Positions 1-10,024 of a stretch of 64,000 nucleotides of DNA are shown one piece after another. Source of the stretch: an uncultured Candidatus Brevefilum sp. (lineage in GTDB: Bacteria > Chloroflexota > Anaerolineae > Anaerolineales > Anaerolineaceae); NCBI GenBank assembly GCA_964497065.1, contig CAZCBW010000004.1:40207-104206 (forward strand), written 5' to 3'. The notes under the pieces were generated by a model. The model did no database searches. It saw nothing but the letters and a program-made list of their open reading frames with translations, and was not told where the DNA came from. The position numbers and the translations under genes were made by a program. The first letter of the stretch is position 1. Every line of letters starts with the position of its first letter.

Positions 1-596
1 CGCGGCAGCAACAGAAACCCCAAAATTCCGCCTGAAAGCAGTGGAAGGAAATAGTCTCCCTGCAGCTGCCAGAGATTTCCTTTGACGGCCATTAAATAGT
101 GAATGATCACCAACACTGCAGCCAGGTAGACCAGGCGGTGTAACCGCCCCCAATTTTTTCCTAATTTTCGTTTAGCATACCGAAGCGAAGTTGCAGTCAA
201 TACCAGCAGGATGATTAAAGCCCCCAACCCAACCAGGATAAATAGTTTTTCTTTTATTTCCAGCCATATCAAATGCATATCCAGCCTAAAATCCCACAGT
301 GCAAATGCGCTGAAATGAAGGACCGCATAGAGGGCTGCATAAAGCCCCAGAGGTGTTCGCAGCCGTTTGACCCGCGGCACGTTGATCAGGCGGCTGAATG
401 GCGTGCAGGCCAGGGATAACAGCAGCAGGGCAACAGCAGTCCGTCCTGTACGCTGGATGACAGCCTCAACGGGGTTGAAACCCAGGCGAGCTGTGAAATA
501 TAACCAGGTCATGTAAACCAAGGGACTCAGTGCACCAAGATGGACTAAAGTATTGATCCAGCGATTTTGTATTGTGCAAGAGGTATTGCTGCCCAT
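1..596 (-). CDS. msrQ: Protein-methionine-sulfoxide reductase heme-binding membrane subunit MsrQ (3' end runs off window)
   Basis: Manual translation from ATG at 596: MGSNTSCT...GFNPVEAVIQRTGRTAVALLLLSLACTP...RTPLGLYAALYAVLHFSAF...WGRLHRLVYLAAVLVIIHY. This is the ferric-reductase-like TM domain with heme His residues, and it lies downstream of msrP. Confidence 0.9.
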   Translation of the reverse strand, partial: MGSNTSCTIQNRWINTLVHLGALSPLVYMTWLYFTARLGFNPVEAVIQRTGRTAVALLLLSLACTPFSRLINVPRVKRLRTPLGLYAALYAVLHFSAFALWDFRLDMHLIWLEIKEKLFILVGLGALIILLVLTATSLRYAKRKLGKNWGRLHRLVYLAAVLVIIHYLMAVKGNLWQLQGDYFLPLLSGGILGFLLLP

Positions 597-612
597 GATT
601 CAAACATAAACC

Positions 613-713
613 GTAACTGCTCAGGCTGCCTTGTAAATGAAAGGTCGGGGGTGTGGTGTGGCGGCAAAGCCGCCACACCACACCCCCTGTTTTCTCATAA
701 GCTAAGTAGTTAC
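613..713 (+). mobile_element. MITE copy 1 (101 bp)
   Basis: Termini GTAACTGCTCAG / CTAAGTAGTTAC. Central 19-bp perfect hairpin (647-665 / 669-687). Flanked by the 8-bp direct repeat CATAAACC (605-612, 714-721). Confidence 0.9.
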
Positions 714-735
714 CATAAACCTTAATGATTTGGAA

Positions 736-1707
<972 letters not shown>

Positions 1708-1737
1708 TTTGTAATATTTCTGGGAGGCAAGTTCTGT

Positions 1738-2151
1738 TTAAGGCTCAAGGATCAATGGCAGGCCGGATTCATGCCAGTTGAGAATCCCGCCGACCAAGTT
1801 TTTGACATTGGTATAACCCTGATTGATCAACACCTCTGCCGCAAGAGCAGATTTATTGCCGCTTCTGCAATAAAGCACGATTTCGGCATCTTTGTCTGGG
1901 GGCAGAATGTCAAGGTTGTTCTCGAGCTGATTAAAGGGAATCTGGTGATCTGTGGTGGGGATATTTGCAAGGTGGAAATCAAGTGTGTTAACCAATAAAA
2001 AAGAGTCTCTACGTTCGTTCATCATCCCAGCCAGCGTTTCGACGGAGATATCTTCATAGGCAGCGGCGACAACAGGTGGGTTTCCTGCTGATGAGCAGCC
2101 TGCCAAAGCCAAGCTGACCATGAGAACCGCAATGATTAAATATCTTTTCAC
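1738..2151 (-). CDS. Rhodanese-like domain lipoprotein
   Basis: Signal peptide with LAGC lipobox; IVLYCRSGNKS active-site loop; NLVGGILNW. Confidence 0.85.
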   Translation of the reverse strand: MKRYLIIAVLMVSLALAGCSSAGNPPVVAAAYEDISVETLAGMMNERRDSFLLVNTLDFHLANIPTTDHQIPFNQLENNLDILPPDKDAEIVLYCRSGNKSALAAEVLINQGYTNVKNLVGGILNWHESGLPLILEP

Positions 2152-2333
2152 ACAACCTCCTAAACTTGAAACTGGTTAAATTCTACCATTTGCACCTGAA
2201 TTGTATAGATATTGTCTAACGCTTTAAATAGGCGATAATAAATCAGGTGATCTGGATATTACTTCAACAGGAGCTTACAGGGTGATCATCGTGCTATAAT
2301 GAGCGTACTTTATTGATCCTCTAGCCACCTAAT

Positions 2334-2990
2334 ATGACCTTTATGTTATTTAATTTATCCATACCAATCTTAATTTCAAGGATCATCACGCTGATGATCG
2401 CATTCACATTTCATGAGTTCGCCCATGCCGCAACGGCAAATCTATTGGGAGATTCCACCCCAAAAATGCACGGCCGCCTGACGCTCAACCCGATGGCGCA
2501 CCTCGATATGATGGGCACGATCACGCTGCTGTTTGCCGGCTTTGGCTGGGCAAAACCAGTGCCGGTAAACCCCTATGCGCTGCAGCGTAAGACAGGTGCT
2601 GGATTGATGCTGGTTTCACTGGCCGGGCCAATGACCAACTTATTATTGGGCGTCATATCTGCGCTGCCGTTGCGCTTTGGCTGGGTACCGCTGCGTTTTT
2701 CAACCAATGCCATCCTGCCTGCGCCGGGCGAATTTTTACTGGAATTCCTCTTTATCAACCTGGCATTGTTCCTGTTTAATTTAATTCCCCTGGCACCATT
2801 GGACGGCGAAAAGGTGATCACCTATTTTTTACCTGATCATTGGGTGGAAGTTTATGATCAGATCCGTCCCTACAGCCCGATGATCTTGCTGGTTATCATC
2901 TTTGTGCTGCCGATGTTTGGTTTAGACCTGGTCAATCTGATTATTCGTCAGCCGTTAATGAGACTGACTTATTTCTTAATTGGAAGGTGA
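2334..2990 (+). CDS. Site-2 protease (peptidase M50) family protein
   Basis: HEFAH zinc motif, AGP, and FNLIPLAPLDG motif. Confidence 0.9.
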   Translation: MTFMLFNLSIPILISRIITLMIAFTFHEFAHAATANLLGDSTPKMHGRLTLNPMAHLDMMGTITLLFAGFGWAKPVPVNPYALQRKTGAGLMLVSLAGPMTNLLLGVISALPLRFGWVPLRFSTNAILPAPGEFLLEFLFINLALFLFNLIPLAPLDGEKVITYFLPDHWVEVYDQIRPYSPMILLVIIFVLPMFGLDLVNLIIRQPLMRLTYFLIGR

Positions 2991-3063
2991 GCGTCCGTCT
3001 GTGATTGGCAACTGGCTGCTATCGAAGTTTGACCCGGGTAAAGGCAGGGATTGACCACAATTT

Positions 3064-3348
3064 ATGGGTTATTACTGTTATATGGTTCGGTGTGACAATG
3101 GTGCGTTTTATACTGGGTGGACGACAGACCCGGTTCGCCGAACGAAAGAGCATAATCTTGGGCAGGGGGCCCGGTATACCGGGATGCATGGACCGGTAGA
3201 GCTGGTTTATGTAGAAGAAGTGGAAGATCACAGTGCCGCATTAAAACGAGAAATAGAAATTAAACGCTACACCCATGCCCGCAAAGCTTCCCTGGCTGAT
3301 GAATGCCACCTGCCGGATGAATTCAACAGAGCGTCACAGCTTGATTAA
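3064..3348 (+). CDS. GIY-YIG nuclease family protein (UPF0213/YhbQ-like)
   Basis: YCYMVRC...FYTGWTTDPVRR...HN.G.GARYT...P..LVY.E...AALKRE..IK pattern. Confidence 0.85.
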   Translation: MGYYCYMVRCDNGAFYTGWTTDPVRRTKEHNLGQGARYTGMHGPVELVYVEEVEDHSAALKREIEIKRYTHARKASLADECHLPDEFNRASQLD

Positions 3349-3390
3349 TGCGTGCATAATAAAATTATTTTGGGGGTAATTTTTGTATGA

Positions 3391-4380
3391 TTATTTTAAT
3401 CGTGAGGTGGTGAATAAAAGTAAACCAATCCCAAACAGGCTGACCACAACCAATCCGATCCCAACACCCATTGTATCCCCACTGAAAATATTGACCAAAA
3501 TGTTTCCCTGTAAGGGTGGCACTTCCGTAGGTGTTGGTTCTGCTGTCGGCATCAACGTCCGTGTGACTGTTGGTGCTGGTGTCAGGGTGAATGTTGGTGA
3601 AGGTGTTGGTTCTGGTGCTTCTGCATCTTCGTCTTCCTGGTAATTTTCGTCTGGGGGAACAATGATCAGTTCCTGGTCAGGGTAAATCACAGTGTCTTCG
3701 GTGAGGTAATTTAATGCCAGCATCTCAGACATCTCAATTTCATAAGCATTGACGATCTTCCACAGGGTATGCCCGTATTGCACCACATGGATCACTGAGC
3801 CATCCGGGTTGGGTGTGGCAACGGAAACCAAATTGATGAATGGTCCCGACGTGGGGGTTGGGCCGCTGGGGGCAGATGATGCCGGGGGTGGGCTCCAAGT
3901 GCCAGGTGTACCAAATTTCACCACATAGATTGTTAATCCGGAACCATCCACAGCAACGCCTGCGCCGAATTCAGGCCGGGTTGTGAGCATATTATTGATA
4001 TGCGGGCCGGAGTTTGCCCAAACCGTATACACCACTTCGCTGGCAGTCCAGCTTCCCCTGGCCCAGTTTTCTGTCGCTGTGCCGTCGTACCCGACAGCCC
4101 GGGCACGATCCGTGGGTGTACTGCCGCCTGCGCCGGTATGCCCTCCGGGGTTGCCGGCTGCGATCCAATTTGCATGCTGTTGTGCGGCAATATTCAGGTA
4201 CTGGTTTTCGGCCAGCGGATCCCTGCCGTTGGCTGCCCGCAGCCCGTTGATTTCTGCCAGCACCTGGGCAGCTGTGCCTCCCTGGGCAGATACCGGCTCA
4301 GAGACAGCCAGTACCATCGCCGCTGCCAGCCAGATTATTGTTAGGAACGCAAAAAGTCGTGTTTTATTATCTTGTTTCAT
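3391..4380 (-). CDS. Secreted CAP/SCP + LysM domain protein with Pro/Thr linker and C-terminal TM anchor
   Basis: Signal peptide; INGLRAANG...AAQQHA...ENWA...SGPHINNML (CAP); HVVQYGHTLWKI...LNYL...IYPDQELIIV (LysM); PTPT repeats; hydrophobic C-terminus. Confidence 0.85.
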   Translation of the reverse strand: MKQDNKTRLFAFLTIIWLAAAMVLAVSEPVSAQGGTAAQVLAEINGLRAANGRDPLAENQYLNIAAQQHANWIAAGNPGGHTGAGGSTPTDRARAVGYDGTATENWARGSWTASEVVYTVWANSGPHINNMLTTRPEFGAGVAVDGSGLTIYVVKFGTPGTWSPPPASSAPSGPTPTSGPFINLVSVATPNPDGSVIHVVQYGHTLWKIVNAYEIEMSEMLALNYLTEDTVIYPDQELIIVPPDENYQEDEDAEAPEPTPSPTFTLTPAPTVTRTLMPTAEPTPTEVPPLQGNILVNIFSGDTMGVGIGLVVVSLFGIGLLLFTTSRLK

Positions 4381-4512
4381 CTTATTCCGGCGTTTTTTGG
4401 GGGTGTTGGTGATGAAATCACCGGCAAACTTCTTTAATCGGCTGTATTTTACTCATCAACCTAAAAAAAATCAATCCCGGTAAATAGCTTTTATTGGTTA
4501 TGTTGATAAACC

Positions 4513-5574
4513 TCAATTAACCAAAACCTTATCACCCTGGATGACCTCTCCGATCTTCCAGGCAGGGCAGCCTGCCTGACTGGCTGCAGACATAAAAGGT
4601 TTAATATTTGCTTCAGGGACGCCCAATAGCAGCCCGCCGCTGGTTTGGGGATCGAAGAGCAGCATCTGGCTAGCCTCAGAGATGGCAGGGTCAAAAGAAA
4701 CATGCCCGCTGTAGTACAGGCGGTTGTCAAACGCCCCGCCGGGGAAGATCCATGCATCGGCATACTTTCTGGCATTTGTGACGAATGGGACAGCATCAAA
4801 TTCGATTTGCATCCCCAAGCCGGCTGCCAGTGCCATTTCCCAGGCATGACCCAGCAAGCTGAACCCGGTGATATCGGTTGCCGCCCGTAATTGATGCTGA
4901 CGGGCCAGTTCTGCAGCATTGCTGTTCAGCTTCTTCATCCAGCCAACCACCTCAGCGATATCTTCTACTGAGGCTTTGTCTTGTTTCAAGGCAGTGGTGG
5001 TCGTGCCAAATCCCAGGGGTTTGGTCAGCACCAGCTGGTCACCTGGTTGCAACCCATCTTTGCGCAGCATGGATGCCTCATCAGCAAAACCCATCGCCAC
5101 CAGGCCGATCTTGGGTTCTTTATCCTGAATGGTATGTCCGCCGACAATCACTGCACCTGATTCTGCGGTTTTCTCTGCCAGCCCCCGCATGATGGCTTTA
5201 GAAATTTCTGGGTCTAGGTCAGGCGGGAGGGCAGCAATGGTTAACGCTGCAAAGGGTATGCCGCCCATGGCATACACATCCGATAAGCTGTTTGCGGCGG
5301 CAATGGCACCGTAATCATACGGATCGTCAACCACCGGTGTGAAGAAATCGGTTGTCATCACCAGCACCCGGCCGTCTGGCAGCCGCCAAGCAGCTGCGTC
5401 ATCGGGATTGTTTAACCCGATCAGCAGGTCAGGATACGAGGTGTTTTTGAATTGGTCTGTGATTGGCTGCAGAACCTGCGCCAGCGCTTCCGCGCACAGC
5501 TTGGATGCTCAACCAGCACAGTCTGACAGTGTGGTCAGGCGGATTTGTTTGCCTGAATCAGCTTTTTCGGACAT
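4513..5574 (-). CDS. selD: Selenide, water dikinase SelD containing selenocysteine (UGA at codon 22)
   Basis: The ORF-track call (4513..5367) extends in frame to an ATG at 5574 through TGA at 5509-5511, giving RLTTLSDCAG-U-ASKL. Also DDAA, TTDFFTPVVDDPYDYGAIAAANSLSDVYAMGG and DPQTSGGLL. Confidence 0.93.
5474..5508 (-). promoter_or_regulatory. Candidate bacterial SECIS hairpin immediately 3' of the selD UGA
   Basis: The sequence after UGA reads GCATCCAAGCTGTGCGC-GGAA-GCGCTGGCGCAG, which forms a GCGC/GCGC stem with a GGAA loop at the position expected for a SECIS. Confidence 0.5.
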
Positions 5575-5633
5575 AGGCTCCAATCTTGAACTTGTTTGAC
5601 GGTTGGGGTTAATTATACTCAAGATAGAGTGAT

Positions 5634-6389
5634 TTAGCCGTTGTAAACGGCAGGTCTTGCGGCATGCACAAATGCTTGAAACAGGGACTGGCTTCGATGA
5701 TCGTCAGGCAGGCACTCCGGGTGCCACTGTACACCGATGCCAAACTTAACCCCTTCGATTTCTAGGCCTTCCACCAGGCCGTCTGGAGCAAAAGCCGTTC
5801 CTTTCAGACCTTTACCCACACGAAACACACCCTGGTGGTGCAGGCTGTTGACCATAATTTCATTCTCACCATAAATTTCTTCCAGCCGGCTGCCGCAAAC
5901 CAGGCTGACACTGTGAGATAGTCTGTCACGGGGATGATCGGGGTACCAGTCATGTTTGATTTGGGGCTCTTTTTGGTCGGCTATGTGGGTGTAGAGGGTG
6001 CCGCCGCAGGCTGCATTGAGCACCTGGATCCCTCGGCATATGGCTAATAAGGGCTTGTCAGCTTCTAGAGAAAATCTTACTAAAGAAAATTCCAGGTGGT
6101 CGCGTTCAGGGTTGATACCATAAATTTCAGGGTGTGGTTCACCGTCAAAGTGCGCAGGGTCAATATCACCGCCGCCTGAAAGGAGGACGCCATCCAGTCG
6201 TTGAAAGAGTTCGGTCAACGCAACCTGGTCAATACCAGTTGGGATGATCACAGGGATGCCGCCAACATATTCAACAGCTTCAATATAAGCCCTTCCGAGC
6301 TGGCAGACCTCAGACCCTGCCCGATTTTCGGAGAGTCCGCAGGTGATCCCGATCAGAGGTTTGAAGTCAGGTGACATTACATGCTCCAA
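5634..6389 (-). CDS. Gamma-glutamyl-gamma-aminobutyrate hydrolase family protein (peptidase C26, PuuD-like)
   Basis: LDGVLLSGGGDIDP, LAICRGIQVLN, VNSLHHQ and GVQWHPE class-I glutamine amidotransferase motifs. Confidence 0.9.
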   Translation of the reverse strand: MEHVMSPDFKPLIGITCGLSENRAGSEVCQLGRAYIEAVEYVGGIPVIIPTGIDQVALTELFQRLDGVLLSGGGDIDPAHFDGEPHPEIYGINPERDHLEFSLVRFSLEADKPLLAICRGIQVLNAACGGTLYTHIADQKEPQIKHDWYPDHPRDRLSHSVSLVCGSRLEEIYGENEIMVNSLHHQGVFRVGKGLKGTAFAPDGLVEGLEIEGVKFGIGVQWHPECLPDDHRSQSLFQAFVHAARPAVYNG

Positions 6390-6495
6390 AATGCAAACAC
6401 CTCATCGAGGAACAGCACCGGTGAGGTACCTAAAATTTTGACCAGGATGAGGTGGCAAACAACCCGTATGGGATGTCTTTGCTCTTGAATTTTGC

Positions 6496-6846
6496 TTAAA
6501 AACGTTGTTTAAGGCGGGCACTCTTGCCGGTTCGATCACGCAGGAAGTACAACCGTGCTCGTCGAACCTTATTATGCCGTTCAACCACGACCTTCTCGAT
6601 GTGTGGGGAACGGAGCATGAATTTGCGTTCAACGCCGATACCGTTGCTGGCGACGCGCCGGACGGTAAAAGTGGCGTCATTGCCGCTGCCGCGTACATAA
6701 AGAACGGTGCCTTTAAATATCTGGATGCGCTCCCGGTCACCTTCTTTGATTTTGAGGTGTACACTGACGGCATCACCGGGGAATAATTGCGGGATGTTTT
6801 CGTTGACAGGTGCTTCAACTGCTTTTAAGAGTTCAGCTTGATTCAT
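6496..6846 (-). CDS. rplS: 50S ribosomal protein L19
   Basis: PGDAVSVHLKIKEGDRERIQIFKG...TFTVRRVASNGIGVERKF...VRRARLYFLR; ATG at 6846. Confidence 0.97.
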   Translation of the reverse strand: MNQAELLKAVEAPVNENIPQLFPGDAVSVHLKIKEGDRERIQIFKGTVLYVRGSGNDATFTVRRVASNGIGVERKFMLRSPHIEKVVVERHNKVRRARLYFLRDRTGKSARLKQRF

Positions 6847-7066
6847 CTTGCTTTCCTTGCCTTTCAAAAATAAGTACTGCGCTTTTCAAGACGCGACGAA
6901 AGATTATACCATGTGCAGTTAGACTCAGCAAGCGGAAATTTGCCACATATGAGTATAATTTTCCCATCCTTTATGCACCCTGTGTGGATTATGTAGTATT
7001 ATCTACGGCAATGTGTCCTTATCATCATTTAACAGGTACTGATTTGCGATTTTGGAAAAATAATCT

Positions 7067-8353
7067 ATGAAAACTAATTTATATCATAACCTGCGATTGG
7101 GTTTATTCCCGGTTGTGCTGGGTTTGACCAGTGTGTTCATGGGCGGGATTGTCAACCGGGTGATGATCGTTGAGCTGGATATACCAACTTCACTGGTGGG
7201 GTTGTTCTTTTCACTGCCCTTGTTCGTTTCACCCATCCGCATCTGGCTGGGTTATCGGTCAGATGCCTACCCCATTTTTGGGCTGCGGCGTGAGCCTTTT
7301 ATCATCCTCGGTGACCTGGCGGCCTCGCTTGGGACGATCGCGGTGACCCTGTTGATCCTACGCATTGAGATCCAAAGCCCTGCATGGATGCTCGGTGCCA
7401 GTTTGGCATTCATTGGTTACGGTATCGGGCGCTCATTATCCAGCAACACCTTTGAAGCACTGCAGGCGGATAAATTTGACGGCGAAGCCCGCCCAAAGGC
7501 AGTCGCCTTTTTGAAGGTCGCCATGTTCATCGGCATCATCGGCGGCTCGGTTGTACTTGGGAATATATTTTTAACCTTCTCATTTGAAAAACTCCTCAGG
7601 GTCGTGGTCGGTGTGGGCATTATTTCTACCGTGGTGACTGTGATTTCTATTGTCTTCCAGGAACCGCGCCGCCCCGAAACAGCGGTTGAAAGCCAGCAAG
7701 CCAGGCAGTTTACCTTTTGGTATACATTTAATACATTTATCTGGCCTGACCGTCAGATCCGCTTGTTTTTCTTTTTTGTGATGCTGACCGTAATTGGGAC
7801 GCTGGCACAGGATGTGATTCTGGAGCCCTATGCCGCCTTTGTGTTGGATATGAATGTCGGGCAGACGACCCGGTTGACGGCTATCTGGGGCACCGGAACA
7901 CTGCTGGCTATGCTGGCCTCAGGTGGTTGGCTGATTAATCGGTTTGGGTACCAGCCTGTGCTTAAAGCTGGTTTGTGGCTGGGTGTGCTGGTTTTTATTG
8001 GGTTGATCTTTTCTGGCTTTATTGTGAGCATTTCTTTGTTCTGGACGCTGGTGTTTTTATTGGGAATCAGCACAGGGTTATCTGCTGCAGCCATGTTGAC
8101 CGCAGTGATCGAGTTTACGACACCAGCCCGCGCTGGTTTATTGATGGGGGTGTGGGGCTTGGCGCATAATTTTGGTCAGGCCTTGGGCAGCCTGTTGAGC
8201 GGGACACTGATTGATTTAGTCCGTGTTTTGCAGGGGAATGTACTCACAGCTTATGGGTTTGTGTTTGCGGTGGAAGCTGGTATGCTGTTGATCGCACTGG
8301 GGCTCTTCAGGCGGATAAAAATCCAAGAAGCCCGTGTTTTAGCTGAAACTTGA
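7067..8353 (+). CDS. BCD/PucC-family MFS transporter
   Basis: NRVMIVEL...SP.RIWLGYRSD....G.RREPFI N-terminal signature; QDVILEPY; GLLMGVWG.A; about 12 TM segments. Confidence 0.8.
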   Translation: MKTNLYHNLRLGLFPVVLGLTSVFMGGIVNRVMIVELDIPTSLVGLFFSLPLFVSPIRIWLGYRSDAYPIFGLRREPFIILGDLAASLGTIAVTLLILRIEIQSPAWMLGASLAFIGYGIGRSLSSNTFEALQADKFDGEARPKAVAFLKVAMFIGIIGGSVVLGNIFLTFSFEKLLRVVVGVGIISTVVTVISIVFQEPRRPETAVESQQARQFTFWYTFNTFIWPDRQIRLFFFFVMLTVIGTLAQDVILEPYAAFVLDMNVGQTTRLTAIWGTGTLLAMLASGGWLINRFGYQPVLKAGLWLGVLVFIGLIFSGFIVSISLFWTLVFLLGISTGLSAAAMLTAVIEFTTPARAGLLMGVWGLAHNFGQALGSLLSGTLIDLVRVLQGNVLTAYGFVFAVEAGMLLIALGLFRRIKIQEARVLAET

Positions 8354-8376
8354 TCGAGAAAATATTATTGGATTAG

Positions 8377-8428
8377 ATAATTGCTCGCTGTGCAACACCC
8401 CCTATAACCGCATGAGCTGATTAGTTAA
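8377..8428 (+). mobile_element. Degenerate short MITE derivative (52 bp, no central hairpin)
   Basis: Termini ATAATTGCTCGC / CTGATTAGTTAA resemble the family TIRs. Flanked by the perfect 8-bp direct repeat TGGATTAG (8369-8376, 8429-8436). Confidence 0.65.
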
Positions 8429-8510
8429 TGGATTAGAATTTATTAAGCACGATATTACATACGGGTAAGTCGTATTATGCGATATATGTTTAGCTCTCAT
8501 GGAGGAAATT

Positions 8511-9383
8511 ATGCCGATCAGTGACGAGATTAAAAAAGAATTGATCAAAGCCCAAAGAAACGAGATCACCGAGTATCATATCTACAAACGAATTGCAGCC
8601 ACTTTGCCCAAGGAAGAAAACCGCCGTATCGTGGAAGAAATCGCTGAAGACGAAAAGCGGCACTATAAAATCTGGCAGGAATACACGGGTGAGGCTGTCA
8701 GCCCTAACCGCTTGCAGATCTGGTTTTATACGATTGTCAGCCGGGTACTGGGTTTCACCTTCGGTTTTAAGCTGATGGAGCTGGGAGAGGAAAAAGCCCA
8801 GGTCAACTATGAACGAATTGGTGAGGCGATACCTGAAGCCAGGGAAGTGATTCGGGATGAGAGTGTCCACGAAGACAGGCTGTTGGCCATGCTGGATGAA
8901 GAATCGCTGATCTACGCAGGGTCGGTGGTGCTGGGACTAAATGATGCCCTGGTTGAATTGACCGGCGCGCTGGCAGGCTTGACATTTGCCTTCCAGGATG
9001 TGAATATCATTGCCCTCTCCGGGTTGATCACCGGGATTGCGGCTTCACTCTCGATGGGCGCCTCGGAATATCTTTCGACCCGTTCAGAAAAGACGGAAAA
9101 GAACCCCGTCAGGGCCGCGGTGACGACCGGGATCACCTATGTGATTACTGTGACGTTACTGATCACCCCCTATTTTTTATTGAATAACGAATATACCGCC
9201 CTGGCTGTGGCGCTGACCATCTCTGTGGTGATCATTGCTCTGTTCAATTTTTACATTTCTGTTGCTAAGGACCAACCTTTTGGCAGGCGGTTTCTTGAAA
9301 TGACCGGCCTCAGCTTGAGTGTAGCAGCGCTCAGTTTTTTGATCGGGTTCCTGATCCGCACCTATATCGGGATTGAGATTTAA
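8511..9383 (+). CDS. Rubrerythrin-domain / VIT1-CCC1 iron exporter (MbfA-like)
   Basis: N-terminal ExxH di-iron motifs (EDEKRHY, DESVHE). C-terminal VLGLNDAL...SMGASEYLS VIT1 domain. GGAGG RBS at 8501. Confidence 0.88.
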   Translation: MPISDEIKKELIKAQRNEITEYHIYKRIAATLPKEENRRIVEEIAEDEKRHYKIWQEYTGEAVSPNRLQIWFYTIVSRVLGFTFGFKLMELGEEKAQVNYERIGEAIPEAREVIRDESVHEDRLLAMLDEESLIYAGSVVLGLNDALVELTGALAGLTFAFQDVNIIALSGLITGIAASLSMGASEYLSTRSEKTEKNPVRAAVTTGITYVITVTLLITPYFLLNNEYTALAVALTISVVIIALFNFYISVAKDQPFGRRFLEMTGLSLSVAALSFLIGFLIRTYIGIEI

Positions 9384-9606
9384 CTCAGAAATGACAGGTT
9401 AACCTAGATCAGGGGTGACGGAATGGTTTTAACAGCAGGATTGCTAACTGTTCCTTTTGAAAAAATTTAAACACAAAGGACACAAAGATCACTAAGGGTT
9501 TTTTGTTATAATCGTGACAAATTAATTATCTAGCTAATAATCTCGCGTGAAAGATAATAAAGCGGTCCAAAGTATGTTAGTCAGAAACTTAAACCTGGAG
9601 GAACAT

Positions 9607-9951
9607 TTGGCACATCAAAGCACTGTCATTCTGATCAATCGAAATGGGATGGGTCACGCCGACCCTGAACTGCAGACCCAACTGATGCAGACCTACCTGC
9701 GTACAATGAATGAATCTTCATCAAAGCCTTCTGAAATCTGCTTCTATGCCGAGGGCATTCACCTTGTGGCAGAAGGTTCGCCGGTGGTGTACCTGCTGCA
9801 GTTGCTGGCAGATAAAGGGGTTAAACTTACAGTGTGCAGCACCTGCCTGAATTTTTATGGATTGACAGAGAAGGTTGCTGTTGGTGAAAAGCGCACGATG
9901 GTGGATATTGTCGACGCACAGATACAGGCAGATAAGGTGATTACGTTGTGA
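9607..9951 (+). CDS. DsrE/DsrF-family protein resembling the C-terminal domain of selenium-metabolism protein YedF
   Basis: NGMGHADPEL...LMQTYL...ICFYAEGI.L...CSTCLNFYGL. A TTG start at 9607 follows GGAGG (the ORF track starts at 9547). Confidence 0.75.
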   Translation: MAHQSTVILINRNGMGHADPELQTQLMQTYLRTMNESSSKPSEICFYAEGIHLVAEGSPVVYLLQLLADKGVKLTVCSTCLNFYGLTEKVAVGEKRTMVDIVDAQIQADKVITL

Positions 9952-10024
9952 TTTTCTTATCGTTATTTTCCAGCCTTATGATATTTAGATTCGTGAAATA
10001 TGATAGCTATTTTATAATAGTATT

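Noticed and set aside
466-681. ORF beginning MVWRLCRHTTPPTFHL, echoed inside the ORF at 17493-17666
   Set aside because: The shared peptide is just the MITE hairpin translated. The real genes start at 596 (msrQ) and 17667 (MTase).
647-687. Repeated palindromes as a CRISPR array
   Set aside because: The copies are dispersed 14-17 kb apart, with no regular repeat-spacer array and no cas genes.
3064-3348. GIY-YIG gene as a homing endonuclease or mobile element
   Set aside because: It is a 94-aa stand-alone UPF0213-type protein with no intron, DNA-binding extension or flanking repeats.
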